A DNA stretch of 63,527 bases, the filler included, from Choristocarpus tenellus KU-1152 (taxonomy: Eukaryota; Protista; Phaeophyceae), in NCBI GenBank assembly GCA_964200185.2. It is 7 parts of 7 records of this genome, joined end to end, with 100 filler letters (N's around TTAATTAATTAA, not from the genome) between each part and the next. Parts side by side here need not be neighbours in the genome. Positions count along the whole stretch, not along the records: positions 1 to 25,678 come from CAXNAD020000180.1; 6 more parts are not named here. The stretch is one strand, 5' to 3'. Of this stretch, positions 1 through 13,900 are shown one piece after another (the first letter of the stretch is position 1; every line of letters starts with the position of its first letter). The translations under genes were made by a program, and so were the position numbers. The notes beneath the pieces are model-generated. The model did not search any database and was not told the origin of the DNA. It saw only the letters and a program-made list of their open reading frames with translations.

Positions 1-229
1 GCAATGTACTGTACTGCTGTGTGGTCATGACTCAGGAAGAAAGGCACTTTTCGCGAGAAATTTTTACGCGCGCGCCAAACTCGCGTGAATATCTCCCCGA
101 TTTTGTACCAAGTCGCCCGAATACGAGAATTCCGGTACAAAAGTCTATTTTTTTTAGTATGTCGAAAAAAGCTGTACAAAAATGGGTTTGGCACATAATA
201 TTTGGTATAAAATCGGTGTAGGTACTGTA
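1..229. repeat. Interspersed repeat / probable end of a TIR DNA element (copy 1, truncated by window start)
   Basis: Reverse complement of 35604-35832 on another contig, roughly 90% identical by eye. Homology stops at the same point in both copies (...GGTGTAGGTACTG|TA), i.e. a TA-CAGTACC terminus like that of Tc1/mariner-type elements. Confidence 0.75.
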
Positions 230-1995
230 ACAAGATAAAGGTATACACTTCAACCTATCTATGAAACGTGATTGAGACATCGCTGTCATCTCCAAGAAGG
301 GGTTCAAAGAGTATGGAATTCTTCCCTTGTTTGTGAACCTCCTTTGTAGTGCCAGTTTAAGGGAGTAGTTTCAGCATCGTTTACGTCACACAATATTTCG
401 TCTTTCATGTTTACGAAATACACAAATCTTTTTTTGGGTGCATGAGAAGACCATCCTATTATACTTCCGAGAAATATTTGTCGTGTTTGTCGTGTACTTC
501 GTTTATGGTTATGTCCATACACAACATAGGCAAATGCCAAACAACACACATACTGTATTATGTTTGAGAGAGAACAACAAACACACAATGATCGCACAAT
601 AAAATACTTCTAGAAGATATTCAAGTTGTAAAGGCAGGGGTTTATTGGAAATGTTCACACAACACGACACTTCACACCCATTTTAGTATCTATATATTCT
701 CACGAACACACTTGTAGATGATTTCTCTATTCTTTTCGCATTATCTTTCTTGCTTACAGTGAATATGTAGAGGTTGAAAAAAATGATATCATGTTTCGTT
801 TTGTCATCCACAATCAAACTTCAAATTAGTATGTGTAATACTGTAATCAACCAATCAATCAAAATATTTCAACTAATGACGATTGTAAATTGTGGTAGAT
901 ACGTATTTATACCAAAGGACTTTCGCGGCCCAATATTATTGATTATTGATTCTATTGAAAAAATTGAGTCTAATTAATGCTTATTCCCCCTGAACAAACA
1001 AACGAAATGATTCGACAAGCAATCACGATTATTTGTAGAGAGAGAAAATAATTACTTACTATTGTTGTTGGAATTAGAGGATAGACAAACAGAAAACAAA
1101 TATTTTGTCTCAACCTTAACCATCCTTTGTTTCAACATCGAGACATCAGCCACCTTCTACAAACAAGAAGGTTCCTCTCACCCTAAGTAAGCACTAGGTG
1201 CTACCTCGATAAATAAGCTGCTCCTCGGAGGGGGGGATTGGCTCGAGACTCTAAGTTGATGAGGTAATAATACAGAGGTGGGGTTCCTATTTGTTGGAGA
1301 TTCGATTGCTGAAGCTCCCCCGCTCTGATACCGTAGTTAGTGTTTTGAGCCTCTTGCTTGGGACTTAGTGTCAGTTTCACTGCAAGGAGTACTCTCTATA
1401 ATATCATAGGGGCAATGATTCTTCTCAGTTAAAATTCCTCCGTGACTCTACCTAATAAACTTAATACTATCATTCATGTTGGTGTCGATAGATGTTTTCA
1501 TGGACAACCACCCTGCTGAAGAGGTCATTCACGTTAGAACATGTCTTTGAATTTGTGTGATTGAAGGTAGATGGATGCATTGTATGCTAGATGAGTACCC
1601 TGATGCGGGGTGGAAATGATAATTGCATTTTGCTGCCTCACTGGAGGTGCAGAGTTGACACTCTGATGTCATCTTGCTTGCTCTAAGTTTTTCGACCTAG
1701 CAAGTTGCCTCACCTGCCTTGTACCCATAATGTATAATGACTTACTGCGATGAAACGGTGCTTCTCTACAGTGCTTCTCTAGTGAGATGTATTGACTACC
1801 AGATTTTGTTCTAACACCGGCAATGGTTGGCTTTTCCCAAAGTTGTGGAGTGGAGTGCGTAGAGGGAATGTTAGAGGGTGATGTGAAGTATTGACTGGCT
1901 CTTTTTGTTCGATTACCATATTGCGGCGACACTTATCTCTCTCCTTATCTTACACACAGGTGGGCCGCTTCGCCTTTGCTGTGAGTAGTCTTGGG

Positions 1996-4900
1996 ATGTT
2001 TTTCTGCTGTGGAGGGAAGAACACGAATAACGTTGGCGTGCCAGGTGAGTATTTGCAGTGCAGTTGTCACCTTGATATGTAATGGATCATACCCCCCCTT
2101 TCCACCCTAGATTTTTTATGACCGAGGTTTTATCTCCTACCATAACAATGGAAAAATCGACACAGACATGCTCATGAGCATCCAGGTCGAGGGAGTTTGG
2201 GATCAAACACCCGACAGGGGCGGAGTATCCTAATGTTTGTGTTAGATACTGCAGCACTCCTATCTGGGGTGGTACAAGGAAACTCACCCCTCGTTCACAA
2301 TCGTAATAGCGATTTGACATGCTTGCATCCCCCCCGGTTCCCTGCTGCTCACCCGTTTCCTTTACAACTATACCATTCATGTCAATGATGTACACTTGAT
2401 GGGAGGACAGGCTTTGAGCTTGACAGACCAGAAAACGGTTACGACTTTCCTGATTCTGGTTCCCCTGGGATTCAAGATTTTGGAAAGAACGAGGTTGATG
2501 AAGCTCCAATTGGGAGCTCAGCTGTTCGTGATATTGTGGATTACTTCTCCACACCTGACCGTGCGGAAAAACCCAAGAGACACAACAGAGAAGACTTTTT
2601 GCCGAGAGAGTTTTTAGTTGACACACGAAGCGATGACTCAAGTCCCTTTTCTCCTGAATCTGCGGTCAAGGTTGATATTGCTGCTGCAGACTTGTCAAAG
2701 GTAGCATCAGGTGGAATTACGGATTGTCCACACCCGCCAGAAGGCGGACTTGATAAGGGAAAGTCAGAGTTGCTGACTGAGGTAGTCAATGGGTGTAGAG
2801 ATGAAATTTTCCCCCCAAAGAATGATCTGGATGAGGTGGAGAATATGGCAATGGCAGGTGAAGCAGACAGTGTCAGATCTGACCCCTCTCCCAACTTGGA
2901 GACCAGTTCTAAGGAGGAGGAGGTGCCATTGCCAGCATCAATGGATAGTGAATCTGGTGTGGAGGATTGTCTTCCCGGTGTTGCACCGAAAAATGGGTTG
3001 CAAAATATGACATTGCTCGAAAAAGAGACAGTGAAGGAGGCTTCAATTCCGATTTACCGAAAGGAAACAGGAGGCACTGAATCATTGTCTCCTTTGGAGG
3101 GTACTGGTGCTCGGGGACCTCTTGTGGTGTCTGAAGATGGTAGCAGGCCTTTATCTGCAGCGCTGACAGAGGTTCCAAAGACACCGTCTCCTCCTTCATA
3201 CTTGGAAGTGGTAAGTTTTTGCAATCTAGAGAGGGCTAGGTTGACACATGCAAAGATAGAAATATTGATAATATCATTCCTCAGTCTTCCATAAAATATC
3301 AAAATTAGTACCCCATGACATCAGCTTTACGTTGAAACTTGAATTTCAGGATGATAATTGATGCCGTTCTCCATAACCCAGGACCACGGGAAGATGTTAG
3401 CTTGTGTCTGTCATAATTAATGACATCAATGGCATGATTTGCTGCCATTGTGAAAGTTAGAAAAAATACTGCTAAACCACCTGTGCCTTTGGTGCAACAA
3501 ATGTATGCTCCTAACCACCTCCGATCCTCCAGGAGCAGTCCCTATTTTTCTTTAGGGTTAGGGTCAGGTGACAGTTTGTTTGTCTCTTTGCTGTTAGAGA
3601 TAGGAAAGAAATATTTATGGTTGTACAATATTTTTCACAAATATTTTTTGTTTTTTGAAAATTGTAATATTGTAATTTACCCAAACGAGGGAAGGACTCT
3701 CTGGTGTTGTTGTGGCAGGAGAAGGTAGAGAGTCTGCTAGATATGCAGGAGTGTGTATGAGATGATGGGCCTTTTTCATTGTGTTTCTGATGAATCAAGC
3801 TCTTTCAAAGTTACGTTGGTAGAGGTCTTGAAGTGACAGCTCTGGCATTTGTACTTTTTTTTCAAATCTTCACTGTTCTGATAGATTGAAGGGATATTCC
3901 CGGTGGATGATGTCTCACAGGATACAAAGGTGCTGGGTGGGGGGGAAGAGGAAGCAGTCCAGGTTGAGAAGTCATGTGCTTCAGAGGGTGGACAACCATC
4001 AGAGGTGTGACTAGTACTACCACTGTACTGATGATGATTTCTGCCACTTTTAGGTGGAGTCAGAGTGGTGTGCAACTGCTCCATGTCTATTGTTATGGGA
4101 CATTTGACATTACATTGATATATGGTACTGTACTGGTTTTATGTGTTATTGTGGGAATTGCCTAAGTGTGAGAGATCCTAATCGCTTCCAAATGTAGCTT
4201 GTGAAATGTCTAATATAGTCTTTTTGTGTGTTTTCTTGTCAAGAATCCATTAGCTTGATCTCATCCAACAAATGCCTACTCTTGTTTCCAGTTTTTGTAA
4301 TATATCCAAGAACCAGTATTTTATTTTTGTGAATGACTTCACATACCACGAGACTTACCACAAAATATACCACAATGTTGGTGGCAAGTAGTTGAATGTA
4401 CCTGATTAGAAATGAAATGAAGGTTGTTGATTGTTGATTGACTGTAGCGGCCACATCGTTTCAAATGTATATTTATTCCTGGAGCAAGTGCCTTCTTGCA
4501 CAATGCATCATTTCTCTTGTTGGCAATGGCATGTGCTACGATCTTTTAGTTTCTCACTATCATTTGTCATCTAGCCATGATCAAGAGTATTTTTTTTGTT
4601 AGCTACATGGTAGTGCTTGCTGCATTTCCATTAAAATCTACATCTCTGTAGAACACAGAAATCTCAGTAGCTTCATTATACACCTACACATTGATGAGTT
4701 TGAAACAGGTTAGATTGAATTAAATCAAAGGTAGTAACTGCCCCTTTGTTCATATTGTTGTTCATATTGTTGTGCTGTGTTGTGCTGTAATGGTTGCAAC
4801 TTTTTTTGTTCAAATGATGAAGGCGATGAATGTTCCTCATCACATCAAACACATGTAAAGAGACTTACCCAGGTCCAAGTGGTAGCTCTGATTCACACCT

Positions 4901-7900
4901 GACTACTGCACTGTTGTTGAGCCAAGACACTTTCATAGACCCAAGGCCCAATGTACTTGACTGGAAACTTTTGTGCTTGAATATGTGACGACAAACTCAT
5001 TATCTAGTATCATTTTCTACCCTGGGAAAATTTCAGGTAGGGAGCAGTACGGTTTCTGTGGATCAGACAGAATCGGATAAGGCCCTTGGCGAGTCCCTTC
5101 CACCAATCGCAAGCTCTGCAGGCCAAAATGAGACTGTTGTTCGGACCCTGAAGGTGGGGGAGATCCTCCCGGATGTGGGACAATCCAAACCCAAGGATCC
5201 CACAGAGGGGAGTCAACTGTCAGTGTCCATGTCTGCTGTGTCGGTGACAAGTTCAGAGACCGGTGACAGGTAATTGTTATAGTGAGGGACAGGGTGTTTG
5301 TTGGATTTGGTTTGGGATTGATACATGATGGGGATCAATACAGCCTGTTTATTTTTTGACCCTCCTTTTTTTGTTCTAGATTTTGTTTGTACTTTTTTTG
5401 CGTTTCATCTTTATGTTAGTGCAGTTAATGTATGATGTGTTTTGATGGGGGACAAGTCTGTTGAAATCTGTTTCATAGTCTGGTACTTGGTCTTCTAGTA
5501 GTAGTACTACAGTAGTGAATTAACTCCATGCCCTGTATATTTAAAATCTAAACATAAAATGTACCCAAATACGGTGTTCTTGTGACTGTTGAGTGCTAAT
5601 GAAACCTGTCCAGCAATGTGAGTATAAATATATTTAATTTGCATCAAGGATATTCCCCCCCTACCTCTCAACTGGTCTCAATTGATGCATGTTTGAACAG
5701 GAGGATAGAAGACCAGCCACAGCAAAGGGGAAGAGAGAGTCATAAGAGTAGAACTTACAAGGACAATGCCAAGAAGGACACCAAAATGCAAGGACGAAAC
5801 AGCCATGGAGGTCACCCATCCATGTCCACCCCCCCACTGTCTAACCCTTCCTCCAAGTCAGGGTCCAGAAGAAGATCCTCCTCTCCTACCTCTAATGATC
5901 TGGGAGATACAAAAATAGATGTAGGTGGTTATGATGCCTTCCAACAGGCCAGTCCATTGGCTAGACCAACGTCATTGCCCAAACATACGCTGTCTAAGCC
6001 AATGCCATCACCAAAACAAGCAATGCTCAGTCCACTGCCAGCTCGGACGGGGAGGGGGGAGTTGATGGAGAATTTGGCAGAGCGGAGGGCTAGGATCCTG
6101 GCCAAGAAAGAGGCTGAGAATGCCGAAAAGGCTAAGAGGTCAAATGCCATTCGTTTGTCAAAAACTCACCCCAGGAATTCACAGGTGGTTTTGAACAAGA
6201 ATACAGTACCTGAGTTGGAGAGCTCTGCAGATGTGATGGAAGAGCAGGGTGTTACAATGAATGGTGATGCTGGCAAAGGAGGAGGGTTTGTGAGCCAACA
6301 GGAGAAGGAACGGTGAGTGTAATATAGCAAATGCTGGTACTAAGTAATGTTACATTCCTTGGAAGTATTTGTAATTATAATTGATGTGTGTGGCAGTCTC
6401 ATTTACTTTTTGAAGTAGCCACAAAAAATTGATTATTGAGTATTGATTATTGATTATTGATTTAGTCACTATTGGTGGTTGGTATGTAAGTGAAGTCAGT
6501 GGTTGGGGAGGGGGTCATTTTGATGGTGTAAGGTAAATCCCTTGTACCTCCAATACTGTTTGGTATATTACTTTACCACAAGTGGATCTGATGTAAAAGT
6601 GGATACATAGAGATGATAGGATTATACTTGGGTACATACAAAGGATTAATGGGTAGGGACATCAAAATAATATGGTATGGATATAGGATGTGAGATACAA
6701 TGATGCCTCAGTTGTCTTCTATGTTGCCTTTGATTTCCTTATTCCAACTGTTAGAATCTTTTTTTTTTAGTGCACAATGCTATTTGCTAAACAATACTAT
6801 TTGTGGAAAGGGTTACCATATGCATACAGTATAGGGCATACCTTTATTGTATTGAATATAAGATACCTCAGTTCCACTGTGACAGCTAGTTACATGACTA
6901 TTTGGCACAGTGGAACTATTGTATATTGATATTTGACAAGAATCCAAGGTTGGGAGTGAATCCCTTAGGTATGTTTATCAAAGATTGATTCTTGTATGGA
7001 TTGTATTGTGAACCTCTGGCAGTGGGAGTATAAAGATTCAGTGAGAGTGGTCCAGGAAAAGAACCCTAGGGGAATGGAAAGATTGAGATGAATACTTGGG
7101 GAGAGCACCCAACTATTGGTTCAGGCCACAGATTGTGTCGGGTAGAGCCCTATACTTTGATCTGAAAATGTTGAGTAATTAGATTTTGTTATCATGTTAC
7201 TTTCTATTCTTGACTCTGGGACTAGTAGGAACATAGGTTGACCCTACTCAGCCTCAGTATGTGGTCAGAGGGGCTTTTAGTGCAAACTGGATTACTTCCA
7301 ACTATTGGCATCCTGTTGTGTACTCCAACTGATTGCACTATCCCATATGAGATTTGAATTTTTTGTGTTTTATGTTCAGGTGTCACACCATTTGTTGCTT
7401 TCCTCAAACCTTGTACAGTACTCACCGGTCACAGAATGAACCCTTGCCGCTGTGATTCATGTTTTGTGTGACCAGACTTGATTGAACTTGCACATTCCTT
7501 TGACAAGAAAGTTTGTTACACATGTTACACACTTATACTAGTATCATTAATAATCTTGTTATCGATTGAGTCGATTCTTGTATTATTGTTGAAGAATAAT
7601 TGAGATCATAATCGACACCCCCCAACTAGTCTATTTTCTGAGTGTATTTGTCCAGTGCAATCATTCATTGGTTTGCACCTACTCACAACACTCACGGTTC
7701 CCTCCTTGAGACAGCCAACTTGCAGTATTTGATGCTTTGTGTCCCTTTCCTGTCCTCACTGTGCTACACTCATGTGTGAATATGATTGGTTGAGTACATC
7801 AAACTTTTCAATCCGATATATTATATTACATTATATTGTATTATATTTTTTTAATTTACATTCTCTTAGATAATTCGCAACACTGTGTACCAGATGTAAC

Positions 7901-10900
7901 AATTTTGTACACATTGTCATTATTGCTTTTGATACCTGTGTCCTAGAAATATAATGCTAGTATATTTATAACACTCTCTAAGAGTACAGCAAGGGTGTGG
8001 TGCATGGTTACTGGTGATTATATAAGTACAAAGGATCCTTTTAAGATATGAATACATTTAATTAGTTGGTAGTAGTACAATTTAATTGTTTTGATACGTA
8101 GTGTTGTTTTTGTTGTGATGTCTAATAGCCTGTGTGACCTGGCAAGAGTGTAACAGGAAACCAGCTCATACACACATCTATATATATATATATATATATT
8201 TAATGTGAGTTGCAGTTTTAAATTATATTTGATTAGTCCAAACAATCGTGCTTATAGAGTTAAATGCAGTTTTACCCTCTAAGAATGATAGGTAAAAGTG
8301 CCCACACAAATGATATGTTTAACATGCACTACTAAGTTTCAGTGGCTTGTCCCAAAATGCAGTTACAAGTGAAAGAAGTTCCTCTCTAAGATGTTCCCTG
8401 TCTGCCTCTTTTTGCCCCAATGTGATCTCTTGACTCTTCACTTCTCTGCATTCCTATAATTCCTCAGTAGCACGTACTAATAATTGTAATACTAATAATT
8501 GCAGTATACTGGTTTAATTGTATCCCCACAGTAGTATAGGATTACCATCTACACAGTGCAAGTGTCAACTGTAATCATTATCATTGACTCTGACCCTAGT
8601 CCCCCCAGTACAATATTCTAGCCAGTCCTAGTCCTGATCCTGCTGCGATATGGTAGAGTACATTATACTTGATAGTATTTCATCATTGCATTAGTAGTAT
8701 TACGTATTACAGTATTATTGTGACTAGAAGAAATCCAGATTCTTAGTTCCGTCCTAATACAACAATGTGCCTTAACCTGAATAACAGATCCATCCCTTAC
8801 CCTTGAACCCACAATATACCTTATTTTGACTGTCAACTATTGACAGGAACAAGGCAAGAATAGGGAGGGTAGAGAAACATGCGACAGGACTCATCCCTAA
8901 GGGAACCCCCGGCGGTGATAGAGGTGTTACTAAGAGGTGGGTGAAGTGGATTATGGTACGCACTAGTACATTTTCTATTAACACAGTGACAGTTATTATT
9001 ATTATTTTAATTATAGTAGGTTTATGTGTTGTGTACAAACGAAGGCAGTGTGAAGTATTCTACAAGTCTCCATGTATAATGTTCTTTCAGTACACTTGTG
9101 ATGTGTGATATTCAGAACGAGTCCTCAACGTGAGTCAGTGATGAGCATGCATTGGAAATGAGGGGTATATTACTGAGGTGGTGCTTGATTGTGTTGGCGA
9201 GTGTGTCCTTTTGCAGAGAAAAAAGAAGCATCTTCCCATTTGTGTGAGATTACTGTCCCTACGCCTAACACTAGCAACGCCAACAGCTTGATACTCAGTA
9301 ACCTCAAAGTTTCTGGGTTCTCATAGACAATACATCCATACCACACACTATTATACTTGCTACTAGAACAGTATACCTACAAAATCTTTGAGTGTCAAGG
9401 TAGTGTAGTGGCAGCGGTAGTGGTAGTTACTGGTACGCAATAGTATTAACAGAATGAAATGATTTCAGGTGTGTCCCTTTGTTGAAGATTGAGGTTGATT
9501 GTGATGATAAAAGTCATAGTGATGGTCACCACTATCCCTGCGTCTTTACTAGGATGCTTGCCATAAATTGGTGTTTATGAATAGTTTCCTAAGAGGGAAA
9601 GTTTGGTTATCCCACCTTCCATCATCATGTATCACCATCTTTTTTTGTAAGAACACACTATAGAATCGGTTATGTACTCCTTTTTCTTTTCCATGGATTT
9701 GTTTGTGTGACCGTGAATATTGCTGTTACAGAGTGTTACACAACTGGACTACTTTCCTTACATTGCTGTTACAGAGTGTTAACTACAAATTGTTATTATT
9801 CACCTGTGGTTATACCTCATGTGCATATAGTGTGTGATCATGTGTTTTGTTGACCTTGGCTTTTCTGTTAATGATGCATTAATGGGATCAAATACCTATT
9901 TGATTGCTTTGAACATTTGCTGCAAAGTTCCTATTATGAGTTTTTCTTTGTCACTATAGTATCTTGTAGGTTAGCAACCATAATGTTGCAGTGTATTGTA
10001 TAGTTGAATATTTTTAGCCTGAAGAGCTCTACCATTTATGTATCATGTGTGTGACTTATGACATCATTACTCAAGTGGAAGTGTGACATACTTGCCATAT
10101 GAATCAATTATACCCTCAAGACTGGACTTTGTCACATGCCTGATATAGGTATCTTCCCAACCCTATCCCTGACCCAAATCCTCTACAATTTCTGATATTT
10201 ATTATTGTTCTGATCATCACCACTATTACTACTAGTCAAGACTATTGTGCTTTTAACACATAAACAGCATTGAAAATTTCCCTAAACCACCTCTGTATAT
10301 TTGGATGTACTGTATGTATGACAAACAGCTTCAGAAAGTGGGATGAGACTCAAACAACGGAGATTATGGATGGTGGCCTAGAGGTAACTATCTTCCCTGC
10401 AGCAGATGGAATCACTAGTAATGGTGCCAAAGGAAGGGCAGCAGAACCAGATAATATGTTAGATGCAGTAACAGTGGACAGACGAGAGAGCAAACAAGAT
10501 GCCATACTCTCAACAGACAACTCGTACCAGCCGTTTGAGCCAGGTACCTTAAGAAGTCGAACGCCTCCACCTGATGGAAGGTTTGTTCCGGGGAGGAAGG
10601 GACAACCAGGTTCAACCCCAACATCGCGCTCTCAGATCAGGAATAGGCTAGTAGAACTTGGTGGGATTGCTGTAGAAACAGGTGCAGCTGGTGACTTGGC
10701 AAGGGTGGGGGGAGGACCCCCACGACATACCAGCAAAATGTCACAGTGGTGAGTTGTGTGGTGAAATGTTCTGGTATGGTATGTATGGTATGGTATGTAT
10801 GGTATGGTATGATGCTGTCTATTTTTTAGTGTTCTCTTAGATAATTTGTTTCATCAGCCTTTGATCACTACGATTGGAAGTAGTAGTAGTATGTAGTGCT

Positions 10901-13900
10901 CAATACCTAGTATCTCAATACCTAGTATAGTATTTGGTACTACCATCACTCTATCTCTCCTACATAGTACTGGTAAAAGTGATAGCGGTACCTCCTTGCC
11001 TGTTTAGTGTTGAAATGCCATTTGTTGTTTAAATTGTTCATTTATCTCACTGGATTGAAGTGCAGTGGGTTACAGTAGTCCATACACTTGCATTAACACT
11101 GAACTTATAATGGGGTTGGTGTTAGGGTTAGTTAGGGTTAGGGTTAGGGCTAGTTTGACAACCTGTTTCTGAGAGATGTATTGACACGACAGGATGTGTG
11201 GTGATATGGTTGATGGTGTTGTAGTAGCAGCAACAAACTGTTCTTATCTCATGAGTATTTCTTACACCATGAATAGTTCTTTTCCCATGAATAGTTCACC
11301 TCTGACTCGCCGCCATGCAAAACTAGATCACCCTCTAGACCTTTCCACCCCTCTTGAGTTATTTTTCCTAGGAATGGGTGGTATAAAGCGATAGAGTACA
11401 TTTCTTACAAGACGGATTGTGCAGTATACTCAATTGTGAACTTCTTAGAGAGCGCAATTCTTACTTACTGTGATGATACCCTCTGGTGGGCATTTGGGTC
11501 CAATGTAGTGGTTCCAATCATACGTGTATTGTAACAATATTGACCTGTCGTCTTGTTTCACTCATACACTGGGGTGGGTTATCTATGATACAGGTATCAC
11601 CCACGGACACTAAGGCAAGATCTCTCTCTTGCTAATAATATACCGAGTTCAAGGCCCAGGCCTGTACATACCACTATGGAGCCCCTGTTGGAAGAGGACC
11701 TTGGTGCCAACATGTGAGATTCTGTTGGTAGCATTCTGTTGTTGCTGCCACATTTTTTATTATTTTTTATTAAGAGTGTGCCACAGGTGCCAAGGACTTG
11801 TTGGTTACTTCCTCACTCTTGTAGCTTTTCCTGTGATAGGTAGTTTTTGTTTTCGACATCAATGTCGTGATACACTTAAGTGTGATAAATGACCAGTCTA
11901 AAATGGAGGTACTTTGTGTCGTATTAATAATTATTAGTGGGTGCAGTTTGAAGTATGCTCGTCTTGTAGTTATGAGTACTCTGTGTAGTTTTGAAAGAGT
12001 GGTGTGTGTGATGCGTATCCATCTGATGATGATCCATGTGAATATGTTGAATAAAACATTTCAGCTAATAATGCTCCCCCCCTGGCACTATCTTGTTTGC
12101 AATGGCAGGTTTCTTTTGTTTTTGAACTCTGCAATTCAACAGTTGGAGAGAACTGAATAGGGAAGCTACATTTTACAGGCATTAGGTCTCTCTTTGTCTT
12201 TGCACTTGTACATATTATTTTTAATTCTAGTGACGTATATTTCTCCTTCCAACTTTATTCCTTTTTTTCTTTTTAATAGTTTAGAACTCTATGTAGCATG
12301 TGTTGAGTGATCCACCTCCCCTTTGAAGAGACCAGAGTAACTCAATCTGCTGAAAAAAGCTTTAGTAATGATTAGCCACCCCTTCCACAGACACAAAGAC
12401 AACATGACCTATAGTTCCCTGTATGTGTTTTGTGTGCATGTGTGTAGTATGTGTGTAGTTTGCAAGGCACGGATTTTTTGAATGCATATTTGTTGACATT
12501 TGGAGATATTGCTGCTCTATCCAAAAACATTTCTGTAAACCTGGTGTGTGTTCTGTTGCTGTAGGGTGGCTCCATCTCCTGCCAGCCGTCCCCCTGCCAA
12601 AGACGAGCTAGGCAATGTCCTCAAGATTCCTGCTTCTGGTATGATGGAGGCCTATGCTGTTCAAGCACGCAAGAATATGAACAGTAAAGTCACAACTGCT
12701 GCGAGGTGTGGTGTGATTTTGTATAGTATTGGTAGGCTGTGCATCAGACAAAATTATCTCATGCTTCTTAGTATGATTCAGCAATCAAGTCATTTTCTTT
12801 TGCTACTTGGTTGTAAACAAAACTATGCCATAAAGATGTCTTTGTGCTTTGTACTGTCCATCGACATTACTTAAATATATACATAAATATATTGCATATT
12901 ATTAATACTATCACTATAATCTGATGGATATTGGTACATTTTGGTCTTGAAACAATACTGTTTTGCATAGAGGTACAGCGGTGGGTGGGCATTACATGTT
13001 CACAAACACTGATAGTGATGCCCCAACTTTCCTTTGCATAGTTCCTTGTAGACTTCCTTGGTTGACATGAATGGCTCCCATAACAATTTATTTCAGCTAT
13101 TAGTTAGTGCTATTGTGTTTGTCTGGCACTACACCTGTGTCAGATTTCTCCAATAAATTAAAGAATAGTACTGTTGTGGTGTGGTAAGTTACATTGTACG
13201 ACTCTGCTTTTGTTTTATACTTTATTTTTATATGTTAGTCATATTAGCATTAGTATTAGTATTAGTATTAGTTCATTCCCCTGCCTGAAAATATCTGTAA
13301 GTAAGACTACTATATTTGCCACAACAGCTAAGTGGATTTGTTGATATAGTCACAGGTACAATTTATCTCCAAGTATCATTCATTGGAAATATTTGTTTTG
13401 ACTATTTATTGTAACTATTTTTTTATCTAGTGTTCCATGACACTAACTAATTACAAACATTGCATAGAAGAGTGTCGATTTGATTCTCAATGTGCAGAAT
13501 GTGTACAGACCTAATCTAGGCCATTCATACTATACTCCTGTCAATGATACATTCATCAGGATACCCCGCAGCTGGACTGAAGATGATGCCAATAGGGGCG
13601 GCGGCTTTGGTGGTGGCTATGGTGTAAGGTCATCTCCAAACATTCCACCACCCCTAAGGTCGGCTAATTGATGTAATAATGATGTGTCAAGGCAGTGGCA
13701 AGAGTATCTGCTTTACTATTATTGTTGTTTGTTGGTGTTGGATTTGGCTAGTGTGCTTTGGTCAACCAACTGCATACATCGATTGATGATTGGTTTTGAC
13801 TCTTTGTCATTGTGTTCAGGCATCTTACAATGGGCCATTGTAATACCTGTGGATGGTGTTCCTTTATACCTAATGTTGATACCGTCTTTTTCGGGGTACT

